64,000 nucleotides of DNA from an uncultured Actinomycetota bacterium (lineage in GTDB: Bacteria > Actinomycetota > Actinomycetes > Propionibacteriales > Nocardioidaceae), in assembly GCA_963782075.1 (NCBI GenBank), contig CAWAIJ010000010.1, positions 62,526 to 126,525 of the forward strand, read 5' to 3'. Below, one piece after another: positions 41,866 to 54,732 of the stretch. A program made the position numbers and the translations under genes. Each line of letters begins with the position of its first letter. Within the stretch, counting starts at the first letter, position 1. The notes beneath the pieces are model-generated. The model did not search any database and was not told where the DNA came from. It saw only the letters and a list, made by a program, of their open reading frames with translations.

Positions 41866-42647
41866 GTGACCAGCCGACAGATCACCGACGGGCCGCGGCC
41901 CAAGCACGCGCAGCTCACCGACGTGCTCGCCGACCTCGCCGTGAGCGAGCTCGGCCCGGACGCTGCGATCCCGTCCGAGCGTGACCTGATGACGACGTAC
42001 GGCGTCTCGCGGGCCACGGTGCGCCGGGCGATCGACACGCTGGTGACCGACGGACTGCTGCAGCGGATCCACGGCAAGGGCACGTTCGTGGCCCGGCCGC
42101 GGCTGGAGAGCACGCTCCACCTCGCGTCCTTCAGCCAGGACATGCGCCGGCGCGGTCTCACGCCGTCGACCCGGTCGCTCGGCATCGAGCGGGAGCGGCC
42201 GCCCGCCGACGTGGTCGAGGCGCTGCGGCTGGGCAAGTCGGGGGAGGCCTGGCGGATCGAGCGGGTCCGGCTCGCCGACGGCCAGCCGATCGCGCTCGAG
42301 CAGGGCTGGTACCCCGAGGCGGCGCTGCCGAACCTCGACCGCGAGGACCTCGGCGGCTCGCTCTACGAGGTCTTCGGGACCCGCTACGGCCACACCATCG
42401 ACGCCGCCGAGCAGACGCTGTGGGGCGAGACCGCGGACGCGACGCTGGCCCGCCGGCTCGACGCCCCGATCCACACCCCCCTCCTCGTCTTCCGCCGCGT
42501 CTCGAGCGCGGCGGGCACCCCGCTGGAGTACGTCGTCTCGCGGTACCGCGGCGACCGCTACCAGCTCCACATGTCGTTGGGTCGTGACGAGCTCGACCCA
42601 CAACCCGGACCGAAGCGGCCCGGGAGCACCCACGGAAGGACAGCATC

Positions 42648-42651
<4 letters not shown>
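41866..42651 (+). CDS. GntR/HutC-family regulator (DasR/NagR-like) with a UTRA effector domain
   Basis: IPSERDLMTTYGVSRATVRRAIDTLVTDGLLQRIHGKGTFV plus a UTRA-type C-terminus. GTG start at 41866, inside track ORF 40720..42651. Confidence 0.88.
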
Positions 42652-43866
<1,215 letters not shown>

Positions 43867-43880
<14 letters not shown>

Positions 43881-44997
43881 CCTGCTCATCTCAGCGGGAC
43901 GGGTCGTCACCCCGGCGCGGACCTTCGCGCCGGGGTGGGTCCACGTCGAGGGTGGCCAGATCGCGGCGGTCGGGCCCGGTGAGCCGGTCCGACCGCCCGA
44001 TCTCGACCTGCCCGACGCCACGATCGTCCCCGGCTTCGTCGACACCCACGCGCACGGCGGTGGCGGGGCCGCGTTCGACGGCGGCGACCCGACCGCCGTC
44101 GAGCGGGCGGTGCTCGCCCACCGGGCGCACGGCACCACCACGATGGTGGCCAGCCTGGTCACCGACACCGTCGACGGACTGGTCGACTCCTCGACCCGGC
44201 TCGCCGACCTCGTCGACGACGGTCTGCTCGCGGGGATCCACCTCGAAGGCCCGTGGCTCAGCCCCGTCCACCCGGGGGCGCACGACCCCGCGCTGCTGAC
44301 CGTGCCCGACGAGCGGTCGGTGGGTCGGTTGCTGGAGGCCGCGCGCGGGGAGCTGCGGATGGTGACGCTCGCGCCGGAGCTGCCGGGTGCGTCCGCGGCG
44401 ATCCGGCAGCTCGTGTCGGCGGGCGTCGTGGTGGCGATCGGTCACACCGATGCGACGTATGACCAGGCGCGGGCCGCGCTGGACTCGGGCGCGGCGGTCG
44501 GCACCCACCTGTTCAACGCGATGCGGGGGCTGCACCACCGGGAGCCGGGTCCGGTCGCGGCACTGCTCGAGCATCCCGACGCCTACGTCGAGCTGATCGC
44601 GGACGGGGTCCATGTGCACCCGGCGATGATCGGACTGGCCGCGGCGGCCAAACCGCAGCACACCGTCCTGGTGACCGACGCGATGGCGGCGGCGGCCGCG
44701 CAGGACGGTGACTACCGGCTCGGGTCGCTGGTGGTGGAGGTCCGCGACGGGGTCGCGCGGCTGCCCGGTGGCGGAGCCATTGCCGGGTCGACGGCCACGA
44801 TGGCGACCGCGGTCCAGCACGCCGTGGGCGCCGGGCTCAGCCTCGAGGACGCCGTCCGCGCGGCGACCGCCACGCCCGCCGCCCTCCACGGCCTGACCCG
44901 GGTCGGGACCCTGCGCCCCGGCACCGACGCCGACCTGGTGGTGCTCGACGCCGACCTCGCCGTACGCCGGGTGATGCGCCACGGCGACTGGCTCTGA
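43867..44997 (+). CDS. nagA: N-acetylglucosamine-6-phosphate deacetylase
   Basis: GFVDTHAHGGGGAAF, HLEGPWLSP, ...IGHTDATY..., THLFNAM and VTDAMAAA are the NagA metal-ligand and substrate motifs. Confidence 0.9.
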
Positions 44998-45003
44998 CCC
45001 CGA

Positions 45004-45090
45004 GGGTTGAGTCGCCACAAAATCAGGTCGAGTCGCCACAAATGATCCGCATTTGTGGCGACTCGACCCGAATAAGTGGCGACTCAACCC
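45004..45090. repeat. Nested double inverted repeat (two concentric hairpins) built from four copies of the GAGTCGCCAC/GTGGCGACTC core
   Basis: Outer arms GGGTTGAGTCGCCAC (45004..45018) and GTGGCGACTCAACCC (45076..45090). Inner arms GAGTCGCCACAAAT (45030..45043) and ATTTGTGGCGACTC (45051..45064), with a 7-nt loop. All arms are perfect. It lies between convergent genes, so it may be a bidirectional terminator or a REP/MITE-like element. Confidence 0.8.
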
Positions 45091-45097
45091 GTGTGGG

Positions 45098-46381
45098 TCA
45101 GCGGCGCCAGACGAAGACCTCGCGGTGGTCGAACTGGTCGTTGTCGACGAGGTTGTCGGCGTACGACGAGTAGGCCATCGAGTTGCCGTCGTCGCTCACC
45201 ACGGCGCCGGTGGTGGCGCTCCAGTCGTTGCCTCCGGGTCCCCCGGGTCCCTGGGAGGTGCGGAGCACCTCACCGGTCATGACGTCGGCGATGAACGCGT
45301 CGGGCTGGCCCTCGGTGTCTCCCTCGACGATGTCGGTGGCCTCGGAGCCGAACCCGACGAACCGGCCGTCCCGCGACAGGGTCGGGATGTAGGAGTTGCC
45401 GTTGCCTGCCGGGTGGGCCCGGACGATCTGGCCGTTGACCAGGTCGAACCGGTAGATGTCGGTGGCCTGGCCGTCCTCGCCGGGCAGGTCCGTCGCGCAG
45501 GAGGAGAACGCTGCGTAGCGTCCGTCGCCCGAGAGCACGGGCCGGCCGGCGCTGCCGATCGGCGCGTCCTGGCAGGGCGGGGAGTCGGGCTCCTGCCAGA
45601 ACCGCACGGTGGCCTTCTCGTGGAGGTTGCGGATCCACAGGTGGTTGGCGTCGCCGAAGGTCACCAGCTCCCCGTTGTCGGAGATGTCACCGACCAGGAC
45701 CCGGGCGCGGACGTCGCGCCCGTCGGGGTGCAGCGAGACCTGGACCGTCTTGCCGGTGGCGAGCTTGTGGGCGTAGACGTCCTCGCGGCGGTCGTCGTCG
45801 CGCACGTCGAAGGAGGCGAACGACTGGAAGGCCACGACGCGGCCGTTGCCGGAGATGACCGGCGAGAAGCTGTTCTGCTCGCGCTGGAAGCCGGCGGTGG
45901 ACTGCGAGACCCGCACGGTGCGGCCGGTGTTGACGTTGGTCACCACGACGTCGAGCGCGGACTTGTTGCGGTCCCGGGTGCCAGTCAGGTTCGTCGCGTA
46001 CGTCGTGTAGGCGATCTTGCGACCGTTGGCCGAGATCGTCGGCTCGAAGCTGTAGTCGTTGCCCGGGCGACCGTTGCGTTGGCTGACGAGCACGGTGCGC
46101 CCGTCGACGGTGTCGCGGCGGTAGACGTCGTCGACCTCGTTCTTGTCCGCGGCGACCAGTGGTGCGGCGGTCGAGAAGACGACGTAGCGGCCGTCGGCCG
46201 AGATGACCTGGCCGGCGCCGCTGACGTCGCTGGAGATCGCGTGCTGCGCGTCGGTGCCGTCACTGAGGACGACCTGCTCGTTGTGGGCGGTGCCCCCGGC
46301 CAGAGCGGCGGGGACCGCGACCGCGAGTGCGGCCAGGGCGATGCCGGCGGCGGTGCCCGCGCGGCGAGTCGTGATGTGCAT
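45098..46381 (-). CDS. Secreted TolB-like / PD40 beta-propeller repeat protein
   Basis: Signal peptide MHITTRRAGTAAGIALAALAVAVPAALA. This is followed by repeated S-x-(D/N)-G-R-(Y/F/K/V)-(V/I)-(A/V)-(F/Y) blades: SADGRYVVFS, SANGRKIAYT, SGNGRVVAFQ, SGDGRYAAFS, SRDGRFVGFG, SDDGNSMAYS. Confidence 0.8.
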   Translation of the reverse strand: MHITTRRAGTAAGIALAALAVAVPAALAGGTAHNEQVVLSDGTDAQHAISSDVSGAGQVISADGRYVVFSTAAPLVAADKNEVDDVYRRDTVDGRTVLVSQRNGRPGNDYSFEPTISANGRKIAYTTYATNLTGTRDRNKSALDVVVTNVNTGRTVRVSQSTAGFQREQNSFSPVISGNGRVVAFQSFASFDVRDDDRREDVYAHKLATGKTVQVSLHPDGRDVRARVLVGDISDNGELVTFGDANHLWIRNLHEKATVRFWQEPDSPPCQDAPIGSAGRPVLSGDGRYAAFSSCATDLPGEDGQATDIYRFDLVNGQIVRAHPAGNGNSYIPTLSRDGRFVGFGSEATDIVEGDTEGQPDAFIADVMTGEVLRTSQGPGGPGGNDWSATTGAVVSDDGNSMAYSSYADNLVDNDQFDHREVFVWRR

Positions 46382-46659
46382 GGTGTTCTTCCCTCTCGTG
46401 AATGTCCACCCCAAGACGCAGGACCCCGGTCAGGGGTTGCATGGTTGGGTAGTTGTCTGGACCAGCCCGGGGTGCGACGTACGCCGACGTCCTGGCGGTG
46501 GGTCCGGAGCCACCGTCGCGGAAGCGACTTGTGCGCCTCTTGAGAGTCGGTCCTAGTCGGGCCCCAGTGGCGCCGAAGGGTCAGCCGTGAGCCTTCAGGC
46601 CTGACCTCGCCACCGTCGAGCGAGCAGATCCGACGCCACTCACGACAAGGAGGACCACC

Positions 46660-47376
46660 ATGTCCACCACCACGCCCACCCAGTTCCTGCTCCCCGGGCA
46701 GGCGGCCGCCCCGGCCGGACCGATCGACATGAACCACATGTACGTGATGCATCACGGCTTCCGTCGTGACCTGATGCGGTTCGTCGAGGCCGCGCAGGGC
46801 ACCCCGGTCAGCGCTCGCGACACCTGGCGGGCGCTGGCCCGCCGTTGGGAGCTGTTCGCGCTGCTCCTGCACCACCACCACTCCGGGGAGGACGCCACGC
46901 TGTGGCCTGCCCTGGAGGCGCGGGCCGACGAGGCCGGTCTGGCCACGCTGGCCGCGATGGAGGCCGAGCACGGCGAGATCGACCCGCTGCTGGCAGCGTG
47001 TTCGCAAGGCTTCACCCGTCTGGCTGAGGTGGCCGATGACGACGCCCGTCGAGCCCTCTCCGTGCGCCTGGTCGCCACGCGGGAACGGCTCGGAGCGCAC
47101 CTGCGGCACGAGGAGACCGAGGCCATCGAGCTGATCCAGGCGGTGTTGACTCCGCAGGAGTGGCACGAGATCGACGAGGTGTTCCGCAAGGAGATGACCT
47201 TCGCCCTGGTGCTCCAGATGGTCCCGTGGGCGCTGTCGGGACTGACCGACGACGTCCGGCACGAGCTCTTCACCCAGCCCGGCGGTGCGGGGTACCGGGT
47301 CGTGGCGGCGTTGACCTGCCGCAGGTTCGAGCGCCAGGAGCGCCGTACGTTCCGCTACATCCCGGCGTCGGACTAG
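46660..47376 (+). CDS. Hemerythrin (HHE cation-binding) domain protein
   Basis: MHHGFRRDL...LLLHHHHSGEDATLWPAL...MEAEHGEID...HLRHEETEA show the hemerythrin-like His/Glu ligand pattern. A GGAGGA RBS lies upstream. Confidence 0.8.
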   Translation: MSTTTPTQFLLPGQAAAPAGPIDMNHMYVMHHGFRRDLMRFVEAAQGTPVSARDTWRALARRWELFALLLHHHHSGEDATLWPALEARADEAGLATLAAMEAEHGEIDPLLAACSQGFTRLAEVADDDARRALSVRLVATRERLGAHLRHEETEAIELIQAVLTPQEWHEIDEVFRKEMTFALVLQMVPWALSGLTDDVRHELFTQPGGAGYRVVAALTCRRFERQERRTFRYIPASD

Positions 47377-50300
47377 AAGCCGAAGCGCTCCCGGACCCCG
47401 TCGAACCAGGCGGCACAGCGGGGGATGCCCCACTGCTCCATCAGGGCCACCGCGCCGTCGGCATGGCGGGAGGCCGCCTCCCGCTCACCGGCGGCGCACG
47501 CGGCCATGGCCAGGAACGCGTCCACCGGACCTTCGGCCACGCTGGAACCGGACGCGACGACGGTGCCGACATACGGCGCCAGCTGGGCGTAGGTGCTCTC
47601 GCCGAGATCGGGGTCATCGACCCACAGTGCGGTCTCGGCGGCGGCGGCGATCAACAGCATCGAGAACCAGTCCATCGCCCCCGGCAGGTCGATGGGGTGG
47701 GCGGTCACGAAGTCCCGGGCCCGCTCAGGATCGCCGTCGCGGATCATCATCTGGCACAACAGCGAGGTGACCGGGAGCGACGTGGTCTCGTGCGTCGACA
47801 GCAGCGCCGGCAACAAGGCCCCCACGTCGCCGCTCCACATCTCCATCGACAGTGCCGCACCCAGCAATGCCTCCTTGAGCTGGAACAGCACCACCCGTTG
47901 GCTGGTGTGCTGCATCCGGGCCATGGCCTCTCGGGCGTCGTTCTCACGACCGGCCATCGCCAGCCACGGCACCACGAGACCGTCGAGCACGATCAGTCCG
48001 TAGGGGATCCGGAGCCGCTCGGCCTCCGAGCGCGCACCCGCCTCGACCTGCCACATCTCCTCGACCCGACCGAGCTCGGACAGGGCCACCGCCCGCAAGG
48101 TCGCCGCCACCACGAACCGGGGCCCGTCGCCCAGACGTTGGGACAGCTCCGACGCCTCCGCCGCCAGCGCCAGCCGCTCTGCAGCCGTGTCCGGCCGCCA
48201 CAGCGAGATGAACCCGGTCAGGCAGGCGTCGACGAGCAGCGCGTCGTCAACGAGACGGCGGGCCATCGCCAGCGACTCCTCGACCAGGGCCGCGCGTTCC
48301 TCGTGTCCAGCGAGGAAGTAGAGCTCTGACGCCAGGGCCGTCATCACCCGGCAACGCTGGGAGGAGTCGCCGGTCGGCAGCTCGGTCAGAACCCGCCTGA
48401 GCGCCGCGATCTGTCGATGGTGGACCTCGCCGTAGCCGGAGGTCTGCCAGAAGGCGCCGATGGTCATGATCGTCGCGGCCTTCGCGAGCGCCTCGGGGTC
48501 ACCGACGGTCTCGGCCACATCGAGGGCGAGCTCGGCTGCCTCGCGGAGGCGCGGCCACTGCCCCGACCAGCGCTCCGCATCAGCGAGCTCGATCAGCACG
48601 CCCAGCCGGTCGTGGTCGTCAAGGGTGGGGTCCTCAGCCATCACCTCGAGCGCCTGGCGCAGCAGCAGCGCCGCCTCCTCGTGCGCGTGGAGGAGCCTCG
48701 CCACCGCAGCGGCGCGTACCGCGGCGCGCCACGCGTGGCCGGCGTGCTCGACCCCGGCCGCGAGCCAGTGCCGCGCCACCTCGGTCTCCCGACCGGGTCG
48801 ACCCTCGAGGGCCGCCGCGACCCGGGCATGGGCGCGGGCCGCGCGGGTCGGGCCGAGCGCTTCGTACGCCGCATCCCGGACCAGCGCATGACCGAAGGAC
48901 CAGCGGCCCACGCCGTCCTCGCGGACCAGGCCGACACTCACGGCCCGCTCGACTCCGTCGATCAGGTCGTCCTCGCTGTCGCCGGTGGCGGCGACGAGGC
49001 TGTCGAGGTCGAAGGAGCGGCCCACGACGCTCGCGGCGCGCAGCGTGGCCGCGTCGGCATCGGACAGTCTGCCGATCCGCCGCGAGACCACGTCGCGCAC
49101 CGCGACGGGCGCTGCCGTCTCGGTCAGGAGCACGGCGAGGTCGCCTTCCTGGGCGAGCCGGGCGAACTCCACGAGGTAGAACGGGTTGCCGTCTGTACGC
49201 CGCGCCAGCTCTTCGGCGTCCTCAGAGCTCGGTTCCGTGCTGCTGATGGCGGCCACGACGTCCCCGGCGGCGGCACCGTCGAGGCCGGTGAGCTCGACCC
49301 GGACCGCGTGGGCCCGCGACATCGCCTCGGCGACGTCGGCCAGCGCGCCGGTGGGCTCGGGGTGCGGGCGCCAGGTCGCCAGCACCAGCAACCGACCCGT
49401 GGTGAGGGTCTCCACCAGCAGTCGCAGCACTTGCAGGCTCGCGCGGTCGGCCCAGTGGAGGTCGTCGAGGACCACCACGATCGTCTCGTTGCGGGCCGCA
49501 TCGCGTACCCGCTGCACGATCGTGTCCCAGGTCCGGAAGCCGGCGCCGTGGTCGACCGAGTGCTCGACCTCCAGTTCGCGGTCGAGGCCCCGCAGCACCT
49601 GCTGCCACGGCCACAGCGGTGGCGCACCGTCGTCCTGGGAGCACCGGCCGACCAGCAACCGGGCTCCAGCGTCGACGGCTCGCGCCCCCAGCTCGGCGGC
49701 CAGGCGGGACTTGCCGATCCCCGGCTCGCCCGTGAGCGTCGCGTAGGTCGGTGCCCCGGCGACCGCACCCTCGAGCGCGTTGCCGAGCCGGGCCAGCTCG
49801 CCGACCCTGCCCACCATCGGCCAGGCGGGGAGTGACGGGCGGTGCGATGCCGATCCGCTCGCCGATGTCGTCGCGGACGGGGGCCCGGTCGGTGACGAGT
49901 CGTTGCCCGCTTCCCAGCGGAGCGCAGGGTCCTGGCGCAGGATCCGCACCTGGAGGTCGCGCAGCTCCTCCGACGGCTCCAGCCCGAGCTCGTCGTCGAG
50001 CAGGTCGGCCAGCTCGCGCAGCACGTCCAGGGCGTCGGCCTGCCGGCCACCGTGGACGAGGGCCAGCGCCCGCAGCGCCCAGAGCCGCTCGCGCATCGGG
50101 TAGGTGCCGGTGAGCGCCTCGAGCTCGGCGGCGACCGGCGCGTGCGCTCCCTGGGCGAGTCGGACAGTGGCGCGATCCTCCAGCGCGACCGTGCGCAGCT
50201 CGTCGAGCCGCGCCCGCTCGGCCCGGACCACGTCGGCGTCACCGAGGTCGGCGTACGCCTCGCCCCGCCAGAGGGCCAGGGCTTCGTCGAGCTCGGTGAC

Positions 50301-50711
50301 GATCGCGGCCAGCTCCTCGGCGCGCAGCGCCGGTCGGGTCAGCAGCCCGGACCGGCCGAGCCGCCGGTTGGTGTCGGAGACGGCCCGCTGGAACCGCGTC
50401 GCGTCGAGGGCGTCATCGTCGATCCGCAGGGCGTAGCCGGCGCCGACCGTGACCAACATCCGAGCCGGGGCGCGCGGAGCACGATCCGGCTCGAGGGTGC
50501 GTCGCAGCGCTGCGATGTAGGCGTGCAGTGTGCCGGGCAGCGCCTCGGGTGGCTCGTCGCCCCACATCATGTCGACGAGGGCGTCGTAGGTGACCGGGCG
50601 ACCGCTTGCCATCGCCAGGGTGGCGACGATCTGGCGCAGCTTCATGGAGGTGAGCTCCAGCGGCTGGCGGTCGCGCTCCACCGTGGTCTCGCCCAGGACG
50701 CTCACGCGCAT
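47373..50711 (-). CDS. SARP/AfsR-family regulator: OmpR-type winged helix, BTAD, NB-ARC-like P-loop ATPase and TPR-like C-terminal half
   Basis: MRVSVLGETTVERDRQPLEL...LVTVGAGYALRI (trans_reg_C), a BTAD region (ATRFQRAV...LWRGEAYADL...LRLA) and Walker A GEPGIGKSRLAAE. Walker B is VVVLDDLHWAD. A long helical repeat region follows. The start was moved to 50711, inside track ORF 47373..50978. Confidence 0.88.
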   Translation of the reverse strand: MRVSVLGETTVERDRQPLELTSMKLRQIVATLAMASGRPVTYDALVDMMWGDEPPEALPGTLHAYIAALRRTLEPDRAPRAPARMLVTVGAGYALRIDDDALDATRFQRAVSDTNRRLGRSGLLTRPALRAEELAAIVTELDEALALWRGEAYADLGDADVVRAERARLDELRTVALEDRATVRLAQGAHAPVAAELEALTGTYPMRERLWALRALALVHGGRQADALDVLRELADLLDDELGLEPSEELRDLQVRILRQDPALRWEAGNDSSPTGPPSATTSASGSASHRPSLPAWPMVGRVGELARLGNALEGAVAGAPTYATLTGEPGIGKSRLAAELGARAVDAGARLLVGRCSQDDGAPPLWPWQQVLRGLDRELEVEHSVDHGAGFRTWDTIVQRVRDAARNETIVVVLDDLHWADRASLQVLRLLVETLTTGRLLVLATWRPHPEPTGALADVAEAMSRAHAVRVELTGLDGAAAGDVVAAISSTEPSSEDAEELARRTDGNPFYLVEFARLAQEGDLAVLLTETAAPVAVRDVVSRRIGRLSDADAATLRAASVVGRSFDLDSLVAATGDSEDDLIDGVERAVSVGLVREDGVGRWSFGHALVRDAAYEALGPTRAARAHARVAAALEGRPGRETEVARHWLAAGVEHAGHAWRAAVRAAAVARLLHAHEEAALLLRQALEVMAEDPTLDDHDRLGVLIELADAERWSGQWPRLREAAELALDVAETVGDPEALAKAATIMTIGAFWQTSGYGEVHHRQIAALRRVLTELPTGDSSQRCRVMTALASELYFLAGHEERAALVEESLAMARRLVDDALLVDACLTGFISLWRPDTAAERLALAAEASELSQRLGDGPRFVVAATLRAVALSELGRVEEMWQVEAGARSEAERLRIPYGLIVLDGLVVPWLAMAGRENDAREAMARMQHTSQRVVLFQLKEALLGAALSMEMWSGDVGALLPALLSTHETTSLPVTSLLCQMMIRDGDPERARDFVTAHPIDLPGAMDWFSMLLIAAAAETALWVDDPDLGESTYAQLAPYVGTVVASGSSVAEGPVDAFLAMAACAAGEREAASRHADGAVALMEQWGIPRCAAWFDGVRERFGF

Positions 50712-50840
50712 GGTCGGAGCATAGGGACTGAGCCCTCCAAGCGGCATCCAAGCCGCTCGCAAGTCCACTGCAAGTAGACCGCGGTTCAGTAGGACACACG
50801 ACGGACCGCCGTCGTGAGTGAAACCCGAAGAGGAACAGCC

Positions 50841-50996
50841 ATGACCACCATCACGACCCGCACGAGAGCCGCACGACGGCGTACGAGGGCAGTCAGCCGC
50901 GCCACGCTCGCGGCGCGCTCCGACCGCCCGATGACCTACTACCCGACACGCACCCAGACCTCCGTGGAGGCGCTTCACCTGCTGCGCAACCGGTGA
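50841..50996 (+). CDS. Hypothetical 51-aa Arg/Thr-rich small protein
   Basis: MTTITTRTRAARRRTRAVSRATLAARSDRPMTYYPTRTQTSVEALHLLRNR. The ATG is preceded by GAAGAGGAA at a 5-nt spacing. About 43 of 50 codons end in G/C, consistent with coding, but I recognised no homology. Confidence 0.3.
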   Translation: MTTITTRTRAARRRTRAVSRATLAARSDRPMTYYPTRTQTSVEALHLLRNR

Positions 50997-51008
50997 CGCT
51001 CCGACCCT

Positions 51009-52048
51009 TCAACCACTCAAGGCGGTCCAGATCTCGTCGCCGCGAGTGTGGTCGCCCAGGCCGCGGGTGACGTACGCCGCGGCGTACTCGCCCGAGAACG
51101 ACCACCAGGCAGCGCACCCGCCGGCGCCGCCCATGCCCAGGTCGTCGTCGTCGACCTGGAAGCCCAGCGTCCACGCCACCTCGCGGTCGAGCAGCAGGTC
51201 GTGGCCGCGGGCCTGGGTGCTGACGTACGCCGAGTGGAGCTCCGGCCCGAGCCGGTCCACGACGGGACCGCCGGGAGCCATCAGGTCGGCATAGAAGCGT
51301 GCGAGTCCACGCGCGCTGGCGTGCATCGCGACCGCCGGGAAGCTGCAGGTCCGGAACCGCTCCGAGTTGAGGACTGCCGGGTCGAGCAGCCCCGGCGGGC
51401 GAGCGAACGCCGGACCCCAGCGCGGGTCGTCGGTGTACACCTCGGGCCAACCCTCCAGCGCGACCACGTCGGCGACCCGGTCCAGGTCGGCCGGCGCGAC
51501 CCGCAGGTGCACGTCCCACCCGTGCTCGGCCGCGATCCGGGCGAACCGGTCGGCGAGGTCGTCCCCGGTGGCGCCCCGCACCAGCGCAGCGCAGAGGTGG
51601 CCGTAGGTCAGGGCGTGCTCGGCCACGGCCGCGCCGGGGGCGTGGTCGGGCGTCGCGTCGGCGAGCAGCGCGGTCAGCCGTTCGAAGTCGTCGAAGGCGA
51701 CCCCGGCCGCCGCCGGCGGGAAGAGCGGTACGCCGGCCGCGTGGCTCAGCACGTGCCGGACCGTCGTCCCCTCCTTGCCGTGCCGCGCGTAGTCCGGCCA
51801 CACCTCGGCCACCCGCTGGTCGAGTCCGAGGTGCCCGGCCGCAACCACGTCGAGGACGGTCAGTGCGGCGAAGGGCTTGGCGACCGAGTACGTCATGACC
51901 AGCGAGTCCGAGGCCCACGGCGAGACGCCGTCGCGGGTCCCGGCGACGTGGTCGACCTCCACCTCGCCGCCGCGGATCACGCAGACGGCGCCGCCGGGCT
52001 CGCGGCCCGACGCGACCCACCCGTCGAGCAGCCGACCCAGCGGGTGGC

Positions 52049-52052
<4 letters not shown>
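51009..52052 (-). CDS. Serine hydrolase, beta-lactamase/transpeptidase-like (class C / esterase EstB-type)
   Basis: SxxK nucleophile motif in MTYSVAKPF, with LSHAAGVP further on. The start was moved to MSHPLGRLL (52052), which overlaps the pgm stop. Confidence 0.8.
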
Positions 52053-53692
<1,640 letters not shown>

Positions 53693-53715
53693 GCAGGAAG
53701 TCGGGCGCCACTAGG

Positions 53716-54732
53716 GTGGCGCGGGTGACCGACGGAACGTTCCGCACGACCGTCGACGGCGATGTCGTCGTGGTCCGGACGCCGGACCCCGGGGGTACGG
53801 CGACAAAGGTCAGGCTCTGGTCCGACCTCGAGCTCGGCGACACCACGTTCACTCAGGTCGAGGGCGGCTGGGAGCTCCAGTTGTCCGACCTGCCGGTCGA
53901 CCGGCTCGAGTACCTCGTGGATGTCGACGGCGACCTCGCCCCCGATCCGACCAACCCGCAGCGAGTCGACGGCGCCTTCGGAGCCCACTCCTGGGTGGCC
54001 CTCGACGGCTACCGCCCGCCCGCCTGGTTGGACGCGCCCACGGTGAGCGGGGAGTCCCACGAGCTGCAGGTCGGCGACGTCGACCTGGTGCTGTGGGAAC
54101 CGCCCGGCGCCGACCACCTGCTGCTGGCCCACGACGGACCGGAGATGGCGGCGTACGGCGGCCTGCTCGACTTCGTCGCCTCCGCGATCGCCGCCGGCAC
54201 GATCCCGCCGACCCGGGTCGCCCTGCTCGATCCGGGCCCGCGCAACCAGCGCTACGCCGCCGACCCGGGTTACGCCGCAGCGCTGAGCGAGGAGATCGTG
54301 CCGGCGCTCATCGCCGCGGCGCCGACCACCGCGCCCCCGGTGCTCCTCGGGCAGAGCCTCGGCGGCGTCGCCGCTCTGCACGCCGCGTGGACCACCCCGA
54401 GCGTGTACGCCGGGTTGCTGATCCAGTCCGGTTCGTTCTTCACCCCCGACCTCGACGCGCAGGAGAAGGACTTCGAGTCCTGGGACGAGGTGACCGGGTT
54501 CGTCGCGAGCCTGCTCGCGGCGACGCAGGCAGCGCCTGACGCACCGGCGATCGCAATGACCTGCGGCTCCGCGGAGGAGAACCTCGCCAACAACCGGCTG
54601 ATGTTCGACCACCTGCGCAGCACCGGCATCGACGTGACCTGGGGCGAGACCCGGCAGGCCCACACCTGGACCTGCTGGCGTGACCTGCTCGACCCGCACC
54701 TGACCGACCTCCTGCAACGGGTCTGGACATGA
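53716..54732 (+). CDS. Esterase-family (enterochelin-esterase-like 'putative esterase') protein with an N-terminal beta-sandwich domain
   Basis: The roughly 100-aa N-terminus resembles an E-set/CBM-like domain. The alpha/beta-hydrolase part has LLAHDGPE... and the nucleophile elbow GQSLGG. The start may be the GTG at 53725. Confidence 0.7.
   Translation: MARVTDGTFRTTVDGDVVVVRTPDPGGTATKVRLWSDLELGDTTFTQVEGGWELQLSDLPVDRLEYLVDVDGDLAPDPTNPQRVDGAFGAHSWVALDGYRPPAWLDAPTVSGESHELQVGDVDLVLWEPPGADHLLLAHDGPEMAAYGGLLDFVASAIAAGTIPPTRVALLDPGPRNQRYAADPGYAAALSEEIVPALIAAAPTTAPPVLLGQSLGGVAALHAAWTTPSVYAGLLIQSGSFFTPDLDAQEKDFESWDEVTGFVASLLAATQAAPDAPAIAMTCGSAEENLANNRLMFDHLRSTGIDVTWGETRQAHTWTCWRDLLDPHLTDLLQRVWT

Noticed and set aside
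47373-50711. The SARP/NB-ARC/TPR protein as a possible STAND/Avs-type antiphage sensor
   Set aside because: The N-terminus is a canonical OmpR-type DNA-binding domain plus BTAD rather than a nuclease, protease or other effector domain. The overall architecture is that of AfsR-family transcriptional regulators.
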